Shown here one piece after another: positions 41,638-50,643 of a stretch of 64,000 bases of DNA. Source of the stretch: Paracoccaceae bacterium (GTDB taxonomy: Bacteria; Pseudomonadota; Alphaproteobacteria; Rhizobiales; Stappiaceae); contig JABXHV010000025.1 in NCBI GenBank assembly GCA_013373445.1, positions 16,126-80,125 of the forward strand. The letters run 5' to 3'. How positions within the stretch are numbered: position 1 is the first letter of the stretch; each line of letters starts with the position of its first letter. Under the pieces are notes generated by a model that saw nothing but the letters and a program-made list of their open reading frames with translations, ran no database searches and was not told the DNA's origin. A program made the position numbers and the translations under genes.

Positions 41638-42462
41638 TTATTTCCCTACGAAGATTGAATGAGCGGCCTTTAAAAGCCTTCTTTGTACTTTCAATATTAC
41701 TAGTAAATATCTGCTCAATAATGTTTTAAACTGAGAGCTGTCCTTTTTGACAAGTCTTAGTAAGTCCGGCGTTGGCCACTTTTCTAAGAAGAAGGGGCGA
41801 TCACGAGGGTCGTAGAAATCAAAATATTTCAAAAGATGTTGAATGAGTTCTTTCGTTCGTTCTTTGCCAAGCGCTGTGTAGTGTATCTCTAATACTGCGA
41901 AGTCAATATTTGATAAATCCTCATTGATTAAGCCTGCATATTCAGCACCCTCGACATCAACCTTCAGGAAATTGATATTACTCTTCACATTCATTTCTTT
42001 TAAAAAATCTGAAAAGGAGATTGTACTAACGATTTCTTCGATTCCTTCAAAAGAACCGGGGAAGCTCGAGCGATTTAACTCTTTTTTGTCCCAATCTGTG
42101 GTGGTGAAATTGCCGCTTTCACAGGAACCGTTTATTGACACTTTTTGAAGCGCAATTTTTTCATTTGATATTGAGTGCAGAGCTGCATGCATGATCTGAA
42201 TGTTGTCGTAACCCGCTAAGTTCTCTCGAGCATCGGTGCAATTAGCTTTCGAGGCTTCGAGGCAATATATCTGATCAAAATTGCTAGAAAAAACGAGTGG
42301 AAATGAGCCAACATTCATTCCCAAATCTACTGCTATTGATTGATGGTCATGCTTAATATTAGTCAGTATTTTTCCAATTGGATCCGTAAACAACGGGATC
42401 GAATACGCTTTTTTTGCCTCATCGATCCGTTCAGCAAGGAACTTTTTTTTCTCAGTATGCAT
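41638..42462 (-). CDS. FkbM family methyltransferase
   Basis: VDLGMNVGSF, LEAS..N, INFLKVDVEGAEY, LEIH. Confidence 0.85.
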   Translation of the reverse strand: MHTEKKKFLAERIDEAKKAYSIPLFTDPIGKILTNIKHDHQSIAVDLGMNVGSFPLVFSSNFDQIYCLEASKANCTDARENLAGYDNIQIMHAALHSISNEKIALQKVSINGSCESGNFTTTDWDKKELNRSSFPGSFEGIEEIVSTISFSDFLKEMNVKSNINFLKVDVEGAEYAGLINEDLSNIDFAVLEIHYTALGKERTKELIQHLLKYFDFYDPRDRPFFLEKWPTPDLLRLVKKDSSQFKTLLSRYLLVILKVQRRLLKAAHSIFVGK

Positions 42463-42512
42463 TTTACGTAATCTCTGTTTTTGATGTCGTTTAATATTAG
42501 TGACGAAGAAGA

Positions 42513-43772
42513 TTAAAGAGAAAAAGACATTATCTTTTGGACCTGATTAGTTACGCTTAGTGTGGAAAATTCGGAAGTTTGATTCATAATGTTTTGCCGC
42601 TCCCTGTGGCCACAAATTGCCGAGCTTAAAGCATCTTTGATCGCTTGTTCATCGCCACAGTCCGCAATAAAGTCTTCATATTGAGGAAATAGCTCTTTAA
42701 TCTCTGGATTTTTTACGAGCATGATGATTGGAAGCTTCAGATTCGCGTAGTCGTATAACTTGTAGGGGATCGTTTCCGCACTGCGGTTGTCATCGTGCTG
42801 AACAAGCAGCAGAAAATCGGCGTTTTGAGCAACCTGTAACGCTTCTAGGCGACTTTTTTCTTTAAGCAGCCTAAAATCATCTCTGCGCGCGTATTCGTCA
42901 GCATTGTCTGTGTACACCGAACCTTGGTTGGTGATGAGGATAGTACCCCTTTCCACTTCGCCATCTGCATAAAGTTTATCCAGAGATCGGAAGAACTTAT
43001 CTAAATTCCTAGAACCGTAGAGAGTGCCAAGATGCAGAATTTCTAGTGGTTTTTTTTTCGAATTGAGGCTTTTGTCTCGTTGAAGGTCAAAATCCCAAGC
43101 TGCTGGGTAGTTGTGGATGATACGATCTCCGAACTCTGGATATCTCTTTCGAGAATCTTCAGCTGCCTTTCTCGTCACATAAACAACAAGATCAGAGTTT
43201 TTAATCAGGAATCTCTCGATTGTACGAACCATCCGTTGTTTGTAGTTCGAGTTGTTTGTTTCTGCACCAACCAGTGGGTCCTGAAATTCAATTTTTAAGG
43301 GAACACGTTTGACCCATTTGACCGCGACACCGATTAGATAAGCGCTCGGTGGCCCGCCAGTGCAATAGATTACTTCGATTCGTTTTGTTAAGCTGAGCCA
43401 CAGACCCGTTGGAATCCCACAAATCACCCATGACCACATGCCGCCTGAACCACCTCGGGTCAGAAAGTGTGTTAGTGCCTGCAACAATGTGCCAAATACC
43501 CTGACGATGACCTTCAAGATCCAGCTGCTCGGGCCGTTGACAACTTCGAACTGCTTTCTAAGCGCCAGTTCATGTTTGAAATCATCTGACGACAACGATG
43601 GGATTTTGTAGATCTGGGTATTCGTTGTGTCTTTTAGATGGGAGCCGTAATTCGTAAGAACAGTTGTCTCAAAATCGAGTGCTGCCAATGTTCGCAGGCG
43701 ATCATCCGCCCACTCTGCAGGACAATTAGCATCTACTCCAGCAAAGTAGCTTATAAACAGGATGTCTTTCAT
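42513..43772 (-). CDS. GT4-like glycosyltransferase
   Basis: GT-B pattern: YCTGGPPS, EFQDP, HLGTLYG.RN, IPYKLYDY. Confidence 0.7.
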   Translation of the reverse strand: MKDILFISYFAGVDANCPAEWADDRLRTLAALDFETTVLTNYGSHLKDTTNTQIYKIPSLSSDDFKHELALRKQFEVVNGPSSWILKVIVRVFGTLLQALTHFLTRGGSGGMWSWVICGIPTGLWLSLTKRIEVIYCTGGPPSAYLIGVAVKWVKRVPLKIEFQDPLVGAETNNSNYKQRMVRTIERFLIKNSDLVVYVTRKAAEDSRKRYPEFGDRIIHNYPAAWDFDLQRDKSLNSKKKPLEILHLGTLYGSRNLDKFFRSLDKLYADGEVERGTILITNQGSVYTDNADEYARRDDFRLLKEKSRLEALQVAQNADFLLLVQHDDNRSAETIPYKLYDYANLKLPIIMLVKNPEIKELFPQYEDFIADCGDEQAIKDALSSAICGHRERQNIMNQTSEFSTLSVTNQVQKIMSFSL

Positions 43773-43804
43773 TTCACGCTTCCCTTGGCGCCGACCAGAC
43801 GGTC

Positions 43805-44746
43805 CTAAATGCTGCGCTCATCAACACCAAGGTATGCTTTTTCAGCAATAAACCAGTCAATTGTTTCTTTGAGGCCCTCACGCAACGGTATGAGGCTGGA
43901 CTTGTAATCTAGGATCTCGTTTTCGATTTCACTAATCTCGAGCATCTTGGCTTTTGCGCCAACGTATCGAGTAGTGTCATATTCAATATGGGTTTCATCA
44001 AAGTTGATTTCCTCACAGATAATTTTGACGAAATCGCGAATTGAATAGTCTTCACCTGCACCAATGTTGAGAAGCTTGTTGTCGACGTTCTCCGTCAGGT
44101 TTAACAGGATGTCTACAAAACTTCTGACATGGACCAGTTCCCGCCTTTGGTGACCGTCGCCCCAAAGAACGACACGATCTCCCAGCAATTTTCCGCGCAG
44201 AATTTTTCGGACTAAGTCAAAAATGAAATGCATCTGCCGACCGTCCAGATGATACCTTGGTCCGTAAAGTGTTGACGGAACTGCACAGAGCCAAGTCTGT
44301 CCAAACTGTTTCTCGATTGATCGCGCCCCCTGGAAGAGCATGCGCTTGGTCATTGCGTAGGTGTAGAGACTATCTATCGGCTCCCCTGACATGTAATTCC
44401 GTTCACGAAGTTCCATGTCAATTGGATAAGCGCAGCTGGTGCCCATGAAAATCAGTTTTGCCTGGGGTTGGTGGGCTTGCCACCAAGTCAGGACATTAGT
44501 GTTGATTTTCTGATTATTGATCCACTGTTCCCCTGGATGAAGCAGGCAAAAATCACCTGCCTGTGTCCAAGCCGCCAAGTGAAAGATGCGATCAAACTTC
44601 GTATGCGCAAATTTCTCAAGGGCGTCTGGATCAAAGAGGTTGCAGTCTCGAGACCGAGGATAGGTAACGCTACACCCATTCTCGAGCAGCTTTGACACCA
44701 GTTCCTGGCCAAGGAAACCGCCACCACCTGTTACAAAAACATCCAT
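43805..44746 (-). CDS. Fcl/WcaG-like GDP-4-keto-sugar reductase (GDP-fucose synthase family)
   Basis: GGGGFLG, FHLAA, GTSCAYP, YAMTK, PSTLYGP, WGDGHQRREL. Confidence 0.8.
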   Translation of the reverse strand: MDVFVTGGGGFLGQELVSKLLENGCSVTYPRSRDCNLFDPDALEKFAHTKFDRIFHLAAWTQAGDFCLLHPGEQWINNQKINTNVLTWWQAHQPQAKLIFMGTSCAYPIDMELRERNYMSGEPIDSLYTYAMTKRMLFQGARSIEKQFGQTWLCAVPSTLYGPRYHLDGRQMHFIFDLVRKILRGKLLGDRVVLWGDGHQRRELVHVRSFVDILLNLTENVDNKLLNIGAGEDYSIRDFVKIICEEINFDETHIEYDTTRYVGAKAKMLEISEIENEILDYKSSLIPLREGLKETIDWFIAEKAYLGVDERSI

Positions 44747-44749
44747 CTT

Positions 44750-45946
44750 TTATCTCGGTTCAATCGGAAAATAGAATTCGACACCCTGTTCAATCAGGTG
44801 CTGATTGTTTCTCAGAATCTCGGTTTTAAAATTCCACGCCAAGCCATAATAGACATCCGGCAGAACCTCGAGCTCCTTTTCGATAAGAATTGGAATGTGC
44901 ATTCCCGGCGAATAAAGACCGCGACGCAGTTCATTCTTTTCAATCAAAAATTCGATGGTCTCCGGTCCGATACCGAAATAGTTCAGAAGAGTGTTGCCTT
45001 TCACCGGCGCCCCCATTCCAAAGATCCGCTTCCCAGCTTCCCTGCATTTCGTCAGATACGCCACATCTCGCTCCTTTATCTGAGCAACCCGATTTGCAAA
45101 TTCGAAATAGGAATACTTATCGTTACATTTCGAGGCAGCTTCAGCTTTCTCAAGGTCGACAAGCCTGGTCGATTTGTCGCGTTTTCCAGGATGCCCAACG
45201 AAGCCAATCATTTGACCGCCGTGGATTGGAGACAAAAACGCGTCAAACATCTCCAAGCCGTGAATTTTCAAGAGCTTCTGGATTGTCTCAAGAGAATAAT
45301 AAAGCAGGTGTTCGTGATAGATCTGGTCGAAGGCGTTATTCTCCATAATGTTCTTCATGTAGAGGAATTGAACAACAAAAACACCTGTGTCTTCGAGACC
45401 TACACGAATGGCATCAGTTACGGAGTGGAGTTCTTCGAGGTGGAAAAACACGCCTGCAGCGTTAATCACCGAGAACTGTTTATTTATGTCGTTTATGCAT
45501 TCCAAATTAAAGAAACGATTTAGTGTTGGAACATCACTATCATTTGCAATTGCTGCGGTGGTCTTTGACGATTCTACGCCAAGAACATCCCAACCAAGGG
45601 TTTGATAATGTTTCAACTGTGTCCCGTCATTTGACCCAATATCGAGGATGCTCTTCTTTGTGAAACCATCACCGAAGCGGTTGTCGACATCTTCTGCGAT
45701 ACCTTTGAAATGATCTGACAGTGATTTGGTAATGCCGGACAGGTAGGTGTGGTCACCGAACATGATTTGCTTATCGACCGTGTAATCCAGCTGGGAAGTG
45801 CGACAGCTATTGCAATACATCAAATTCAGTGGGTAGAGCGGCTCTGTGCCGACCTGCGCTTCCGTAAGGAAGTTATTGCACCAGGGCTGATCTCCTAAAT
45901 CAAGCACTGGTTCCAAATCGGTTCCGTCGCAAACTCGGCATTTCAT
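44750..45946 (-). CDS. NDP-sugar C-methyltransferase (Zn-binding N-domain, SAM domain, C-methyltransferase C-domain)
   Basis: CRVC and CNSC Zn ligands, LDIGSNDG, FDQIYHEHLLYY, GMGAPVKGNTLLNY, AWNFKTEI; architecture of TcaB9/KijD1/NovU-type sugar 3-C-methyltransferases. Confidence 0.85.
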   Translation of the reverse strand: MKCRVCDGTDLEPVLDLGDQPWCNNFLTEAQVGTEPLYPLNLMYCNSCRTSQLDYTVDKQIMFGDHTYLSGITKSLSDHFKGIAEDVDNRFGDGFTKKSILDIGSNDGTQLKHYQTLGWDVLGVESSKTTAAIANDSDVPTLNRFFNLECINDINKQFSVINAAGVFFHLEELHSVTDAIRVGLEDTGVFVVQFLYMKNIMENNAFDQIYHEHLLYYSLETIQKLLKIHGLEMFDAFLSPIHGGQMIGFVGHPGKRDKSTRLVDLEKAEAASKCNDKYSYFEFANRVAQIKERDVAYLTKCREAGKRIFGMGAPVKGNTLLNYFGIGPETIEFLIEKNELRRGLYSPGMHIPILIEKELEVLPDVYYGLAWNFKTEILRNNQHLIEQGVEFYFPIEPR

Positions 45947-45964
45947 TTCATTGTCCTCGGTAGA

Positions 45965-46705
45965 TTAATTATTTTCGAAATGCAGCTTGATGAAGTCTCC
46001 GCTTTCGCCAAGGCTAGCTTCCGTGCCAATATCGATAAATGGGCTGATTTCTGGGATAATTTTAATTTTCATACCCTTTTCAAGCAATGAAGGAATTATG
46101 TCTTGCTCCATTGATAGCGGCCGGGTTTTACTGTCCGACTGCATGAGGCTTTCTGGCCTAAATAGGTAAACCCCAGAATTTATGACGCCAGCTCCCGGCG
46201 TTTTTTCTTGAAAGGCGGTAAGTGTGTATTGTTTGTTGAAGGTTAAGGTTCCGTAGCGGCTGGCATCTTGCATCTCTACGCCAAAAATTGCGCCCGAATA
46301 ATCCGCTCCCATGCACTCGACCGCTACCGCTAGATCATAATCTACCAACATGGAATCGCCGTTCAATATTAAAAAAGGCGATGAGATATTCGGGTGCTGA
46401 ACGAGGAAGTCGAGCACACTTCCGCCTGTTCCGGCAGGTGAACTCTCCCGAATACAGGCAATCTCGAAATCACTTGATCGCTCGCTTCGAGCGTAGGCTT
46501 CGATTTGCTCAGCTTCATAGTGGGTCAACAAATAGACTTCGCGAATTTGTTGCGCCTTGAGGCTTTTGAAAATCCAATGAAGAAAAGGCTTTCCATTTAC
46601 CTGTGCGAGCGGTTTGGGAACAGTTCCGGTCAGGTGCCTTATTCTAGTTCCGAATCCACCCGCTAGCACGACTGCCGACAGACCTTGAGGAGATGCATTG
46701 GGCAT
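45965..46705 (-). CDS. hddC: D-glycero-alpha-D-manno-heptose 1-phosphate guanylyltransferase (HddC-like)
   Basis: LAGGFGTRI..PKPLAQVNGKPFL, GTGG, LNGDS, INSGVY, FIDIGT; close to hddA. Confidence 0.8.
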   Translation of the reverse strand: MPNASPQGLSAVVLAGGFGTRIRHLTGTVPKPLAQVNGKPFLHWIFKSLKAQQIREVYLLTHYEAEQIEAYARSERSSDFEIACIRESSPAGTGGSVLDFLVQHPNISSPFLILNGDSMLVDYDLAVAVECMGADYSGAIFGVEMQDASRYGTLTFNKQYTLTAFQEKTPGAGVINSGVYLFRPESLMQSDSKTRPLSMEQDIIPSLLEKGMKIKIIPEISPFIDIGTEASLGESGDFIKLHFENN

Positions 46706-46853
46706 TCATTTTACCACGGATAGATACTCGAGGATCATCTTTGGCAACTATCTAGTTCATTTCTGTAGATGATCGCAACAGTGAGATCGAAAGGTTTTGC
46801 TTCGTTCTGCTCCCTACTGACATCTTTTGGATTATGAAAAGTACTCTTTCAAG

Positions 46854-47762
46854 TTACGGATAAAGCTCATACTCGGTAAGTAGGTGTTCCAGATCGAGGT
46901 TCAGGAACACATAATCTCCGGGTCGTGAGCTCACGAGCTTGAAGTTGAATGTTTTCAAATAGTCAACAATCGCAGATGCTGAATCATGATAGCCATCCGC
47001 TCCAAGCACAATGTGATCGGGTTGCGCTTTTGGATCGGCATATTGTGAGTTCTCATAGATGCCTTTGAAACACTCTACACGGCAAAACAAAACCTTCTTA
47101 ATTTCTAGACCTGCCCCTTTGAGAACTTCCAGGTCATGTCCTTCCGTGTCGATCTTCAGAGATTCAACAAAAGAGAACCCGGCTTTGTCGATCTCCGGAA
47201 ACAGAAGTGACAATGGGAATTCCAATACGTTAAACTCCTGATCAACGATGTTCCCGGTCGATTTAGGCGTTTGAATTTTGTAAAGTGAGCTGTTTCCCTT
47301 ATCGGGATAGGCAGAATAGAAAGTCCTTTCTATCGGTGCATCGGAGGAGCCGGCCGCACCTTGAATGATGACAAATCTTTTCTCTAGGTCCGGAATATTT
47401 TTAACATTATTCCCTTTTCGAATGATCTTGTCCCGAGTGGACATCGAATGAAACTTGGGCACTCCAAACCTTAGGCCTCTCAAATTGCCAGGGTGCGGTT
47501 CGATCCCAATAATCATCCGATTATCGGCATCGAACAAACAGTCAACCGAATGGGATGCGTCATCGCTCAAGCCAATATCTATTCGAAGAAATTGGGCTGT
47601 TTCAGATCGGGTTAATGAGAAATCGATTGGTGACAGGAATTTTCCTTCCTGCGTTAAAGATGGACCAGATCTCTGATATAAAAATGCTATTGCTTTACTG
47701 AACCCTCTACAAACGAAGCTCAATAGTACCATGCGAATTTTTGACATCGATTTCCCGCTCAT
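46854..47762 (-). CDS. Divergent FkbM-like methyltransferase
   Basis: RIDIGLS..IIGIEP, LKIDTEGHDLEVLKGA motifs. Confidence 0.7.
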   Translation of the reverse strand: MSGKSMSKIRMVLLSFVCRGFSKAIAFLYQRSGPSLTQEGKFLSPIDFSLTRSETAQFLRIDIGLSDDASHSVDCLFDADNRMIIGIEPHPGNLRGLRFGVPKFHSMSTRDKIIRKGNNVKNIPDLEKRFVIIQGAAGSSDAPIERTFYSAYPDKGNSSLYKIQTPKSTGNIVDQEFNVLEFPLSLLFPEIDKAGFSFVESLKIDTEGHDLEVLKGAGLEIKKVLFCRVECFKGIYENSQYADPKAQPDHIVLGADGYHDSASAIVDYLKTFNFKLVSSRPGDYVFLNLDLEHLLTEYELYP

Positions 47763-47852
47763 GCCAGTTTTTGGCAGTTTATGTGCTTCAAGGTGAAGCG
47801 AATTTAGACTTGTAAAAGTATATTCAAATCGGAACCATGCGCATGGCTCAGA

Positions 47853-48839
47853 CTAGGAACCGGCATGAATAACAGAGCTTCCTTGTGCGTTTAATGTAAC
47901 GGCTACTTCATGCATATTTGAGAATGCACTCCTAAAGCGGTGTTGTTCCCGTTTGGGAACATAGAAGAGTAGAAAGCCACCACCGCCAGCACCGAGTAGC
48001 TTGCCTCCCAATGCCCCGCTCTGCATCCCAAGTTTATAAGCGTCATCGATATGCGGGTTTGTAACATCCCCGCTTAGCGAACGTTTCAATTGCCAGCTCT
48101 CATCGAGGAGATGCCCGATATCATCTATTGAATCACCCGATGAAAGTACTTTACGTGCCTCATCTACGCATGCATACATCCTATCGAGTGAACTGAGGTT
48201 CTTGTCCATGCGTTTGAGCTTCTCTTCCTCTATGTCCGAAGCCCGACGTGTCATTCCGGTGTAAAGCAGGATCAGGTTGTCAGAGAGCTCTTGGGTCTGC
48301 CCCTCATTAACGTTGATGCGTTCTACATCAAAACTTTCATTGCCATAGAATTTTATATGATTGAACCCGCCGTAACTTGCGAATAGTTGGTCTTGAAACC
48401 CTACCGATTCTTCCAAAACGTTTCGTTCGAGATGGATTGCGGTTTGCGCCAACTCTTTCATACCTATGAGCTGACCTTTGAAAGCATTTAACCCTTTGAT
48501 CAGGCCAACCGTGAACGAGGATGAGGAGCCAAGCCCGGTAAATGATGGCAAGTCCGATGCGAGGTTTACCTCAATATTTTCGTGGATGCCGTGATACTTG
48601 AGGATCTCTTTGAACGGGCGATGCTTGATGTGCTCAACATCAGGTACCTGTTCCACAATCCTATAAGCAAAGCGAATTTTGTGCTCAAACAGCCAAGAGG
48701 GGAAATGGGAGAGCGTATGGTAAATGTATTTGTCGATCGCCGATCCGATGACACCTCCACCGTTCGCTTTAAAGTATTCGGGAAAGTCCGTTCCACCACC
48801 AAACAGGCTAATACGGAGGGGGGTGCGCACAATTATCAT
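47853..48839 (-). CDS. hddA: D-glycero-alpha-D-manno-heptose 7-phosphate kinase (GHMP family)
   Basis: RTPLRISLFGGGTD, DLPSFTGLGSSSS, G.QDQ, GGKLLGAGGGGF. Confidence 0.88.
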   Translation of the reverse strand: MIIVRTPLRISLFGGGTDFPEYFKANGGGVIGSAIDKYIYHTLSHFPSWLFEHKIRFAYRIVEQVPDVEHIKHRPFKEILKYHGIHENIEVNLASDLPSFTGLGSSSSFTVGLIKGLNAFKGQLIGMKELAQTAIHLERNVLEESVGFQDQLFASYGGFNHIKFYGNESFDVERINVNEGQTQELSDNLILLYTGMTRRASDIEEEKLKRMDKNLSSLDRMYACVDEARKVLSSGDSIDDIGHLLDESWQLKRSLSGDVTNPHIDDAYKLGMQSGALGGKLLGAGGGGFLLFYVPKREQHRFRSAFSNMHEVAVTLNAQGSSVIHAGS

Positions 48840-48871
48840 AGGGCTATCCGAGTCAGTGTTTCAAATAGTTT

Positions 48872-50077
48872 CTATAGCAGGCTGAATTTTTGAAAATAGT
48901 GCCTTGGGATTAAACTTTCTGCATAGTAGTCATATGCGTCTTGAGGGCATAATTCGGAGTACATTACTTGTTGCTTGGAGGTTTTCAAATCATTCAGTAA
49001 TTTTTGATCATGCTCGACAAAGGCGCGAAAGAATTCATCAAAGTCATCAATACAGTCGTTTGGATCAGCCGATAAAGTCTCTAAATGAGCTGACTTATAG
49101 TCACTGTCGTTTCGATACCAATGATATTTTTTGGAAAAAATTTCGAGAGCTGACACCACCCTATTTTTTTCTAACAACAGCTTAGGTATCGCCATACTGT
49201 TTTTCGGGTGCGGCCTTAAAAAGGAATAGGGTAGAATATTCACTAAAAAGATGGGGCGCCCCCAGATCGTAGCAAGTTGTGACGCCCCAGACGCAGATCC
49301 GATAAACAGTGTACACTGACTTGTGAGGTAGACGTTGAGAAGCTCAGTATCAGCAATATCCAAATCGGGCAATTCCAAATAACGTTTGGGACCTTCAACT
49401 TCGTTCCCCTGGTATTCACCAATTCGTATGGTTGTGAAACTGCGATCATGCAGATAATCCAAGATTGCGTTGAATGATCGGATATCACTGCTGCGGTAAT
49501 TTTGAGTAAATAGATTCGGATTCTTCGTTTTTGAATCAAAGGTAGAGTCCCGTGAATGAAGAACGGCAATTCGATCCTTTTCTACATTTGGAAAGACCGC
49601 TTTGAATAGCTTTTCAGCTCTTTTTAGAGAAGGTGCATCCCATTCGATGACCGGAACATTTGAATTGTACTTATTATAAATATTGAATACTTCTGCTGGG
49701 CTAAAGTCTAACGCAACGTATTTTGAGCAATCATAGCCGGTTTCAGGGTAAATTCTGAGGTAATCTAGTAAAAAGCATAAAAAGGGATTCGTGATGACTA
49801 TGAGATCTTTATGATTGGACCATAATCTTGCAATGTCATTATTGGCACATTTTCTTTGATCAGATAATAAAATTCCTCGAAAATCGAATTTTTCTAACTT
49901 CTTTTCTTTGATAAAGCAATCAACGTCAGCGCAGAGGTGGCCTATTGCCGCAGAGTTTGTATTTAAAAATCTATACCTCGCAGAAATACCGAATTTTTTG
50001 AACAAAAAGCACAATAGTGGACCAATAAAAACGCGTTTCGAAATGTTTAATGATTGATCTATTTTTTTGGCAAACAT
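48872..50077 (-). CDS. Putative glycosyltransferase, TIGR04372-like
   Basis: AIGHL, LHSRDSTF..NYRSSDI, IRIGE, FIGSASG..W.RP pattern recalled for TIGR04372. Confidence 0.65.
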   Translation of the reverse strand: MFAKKIDQSLNISKRVFIGPLLCFLFKKFGISARYRFLNTNSAAIGHLCADVDCFIKEKKLEKFDFRGILLSDQRKCANNDIARLWSNHKDLIVITNPFLCFLLDYLRIYPETGYDCSKYVALDFSPAEVFNIYNKYNSNVPVIEWDAPSLKRAEKLFKAVFPNVEKDRIAVLHSRDSTFDSKTKNPNLFTQNYRSSDIRSFNAILDYLHDRSFTTIRIGEYQGNEVEGPKRYLELPDLDIADTELLNVYLTSQCTLFIGSASGASQLATIWGRPIFLVNILPYSFLRPHPKNSMAIPKLLLEKNRVVSALEIFSKKYHWYRNDSDYKSAHLETLSADPNDCIDDFDEFFRAFVEHDQKLLNDLKTSKQQVMYSELCPQDAYDYYAESLIPRHYFQKFSLL

Positions 50078-50121
50078 CGAGAGACTACTCTTGAGGGTAA
50101 AATGTCGCTTGTTGGGTGAGC

Positions 50122-50643
50122 CTAAATCTTTAGCGCTTTATAGAGGCGATTTAATGTCTCTGTTGAAGAGAATGTTTCTTCGAAGGTATGGATAACTTCG
50201 ATTCCTTTACTTTCAGCGTAATCGCGTTCCTTAAGAAAATTTTGATTTCGTTCTTGTATTTGTAGATGGTATTCTTGACCTTTGAAAAATTTATTTGGCT
50301 TCAAGTGATCTAATACCATAATTGCACTTGGTGAATTTGATATAACGACACCATCAACGCATGCGAGACCAGAAAGCATTTCCGCCCGGTATTTTTCATC
50401 AAAAATAGGCCTTTCTGGCCCTTTGTTGACATACCTATTTGCTGTCACAGAAACGATTAGAGCGTCACACATACTTGCGGCGGACATAAGATGCCGGAGG
50501 TGTCCGAAATGAAGAACATCAAAGCAACCATGGCACAGGCCTACGACCAGTTGATTATCTTTGAGAGCTTGAATTTTTTCCGACGCGGAATTTTCGTCTA
50601 TGACGCCCATTCTCGGATGTCGGGGAAAGTCTCTTGCGTTCAT
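50122..50643 (-). CDS. Stand-alone HldC/RfaE domain II-like nucleotidyltransferase (cytidylyltransferase superfamily)
   Basis: HGCFDVLHFGH (HxGH), NKGPERPIF, FKGQEY, FSSTETLNR; no fused PfkB kinase domain. Confidence 0.82.
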   Translation of the reverse strand: MNARDFPRHPRMGVIDENSASEKIQALKDNQLVVGLCHGCFDVLHFGHLRHLMSAASMCDALIVSVTANRYVNKGPERPIFDEKYRAEMLSGLACVDGVVISNSPSAIMVLDHLKPNKFFKGQEYHLQIQERNQNFLKERDYAESKGIEVIHTFEETFSSTETLNRLYKALKI

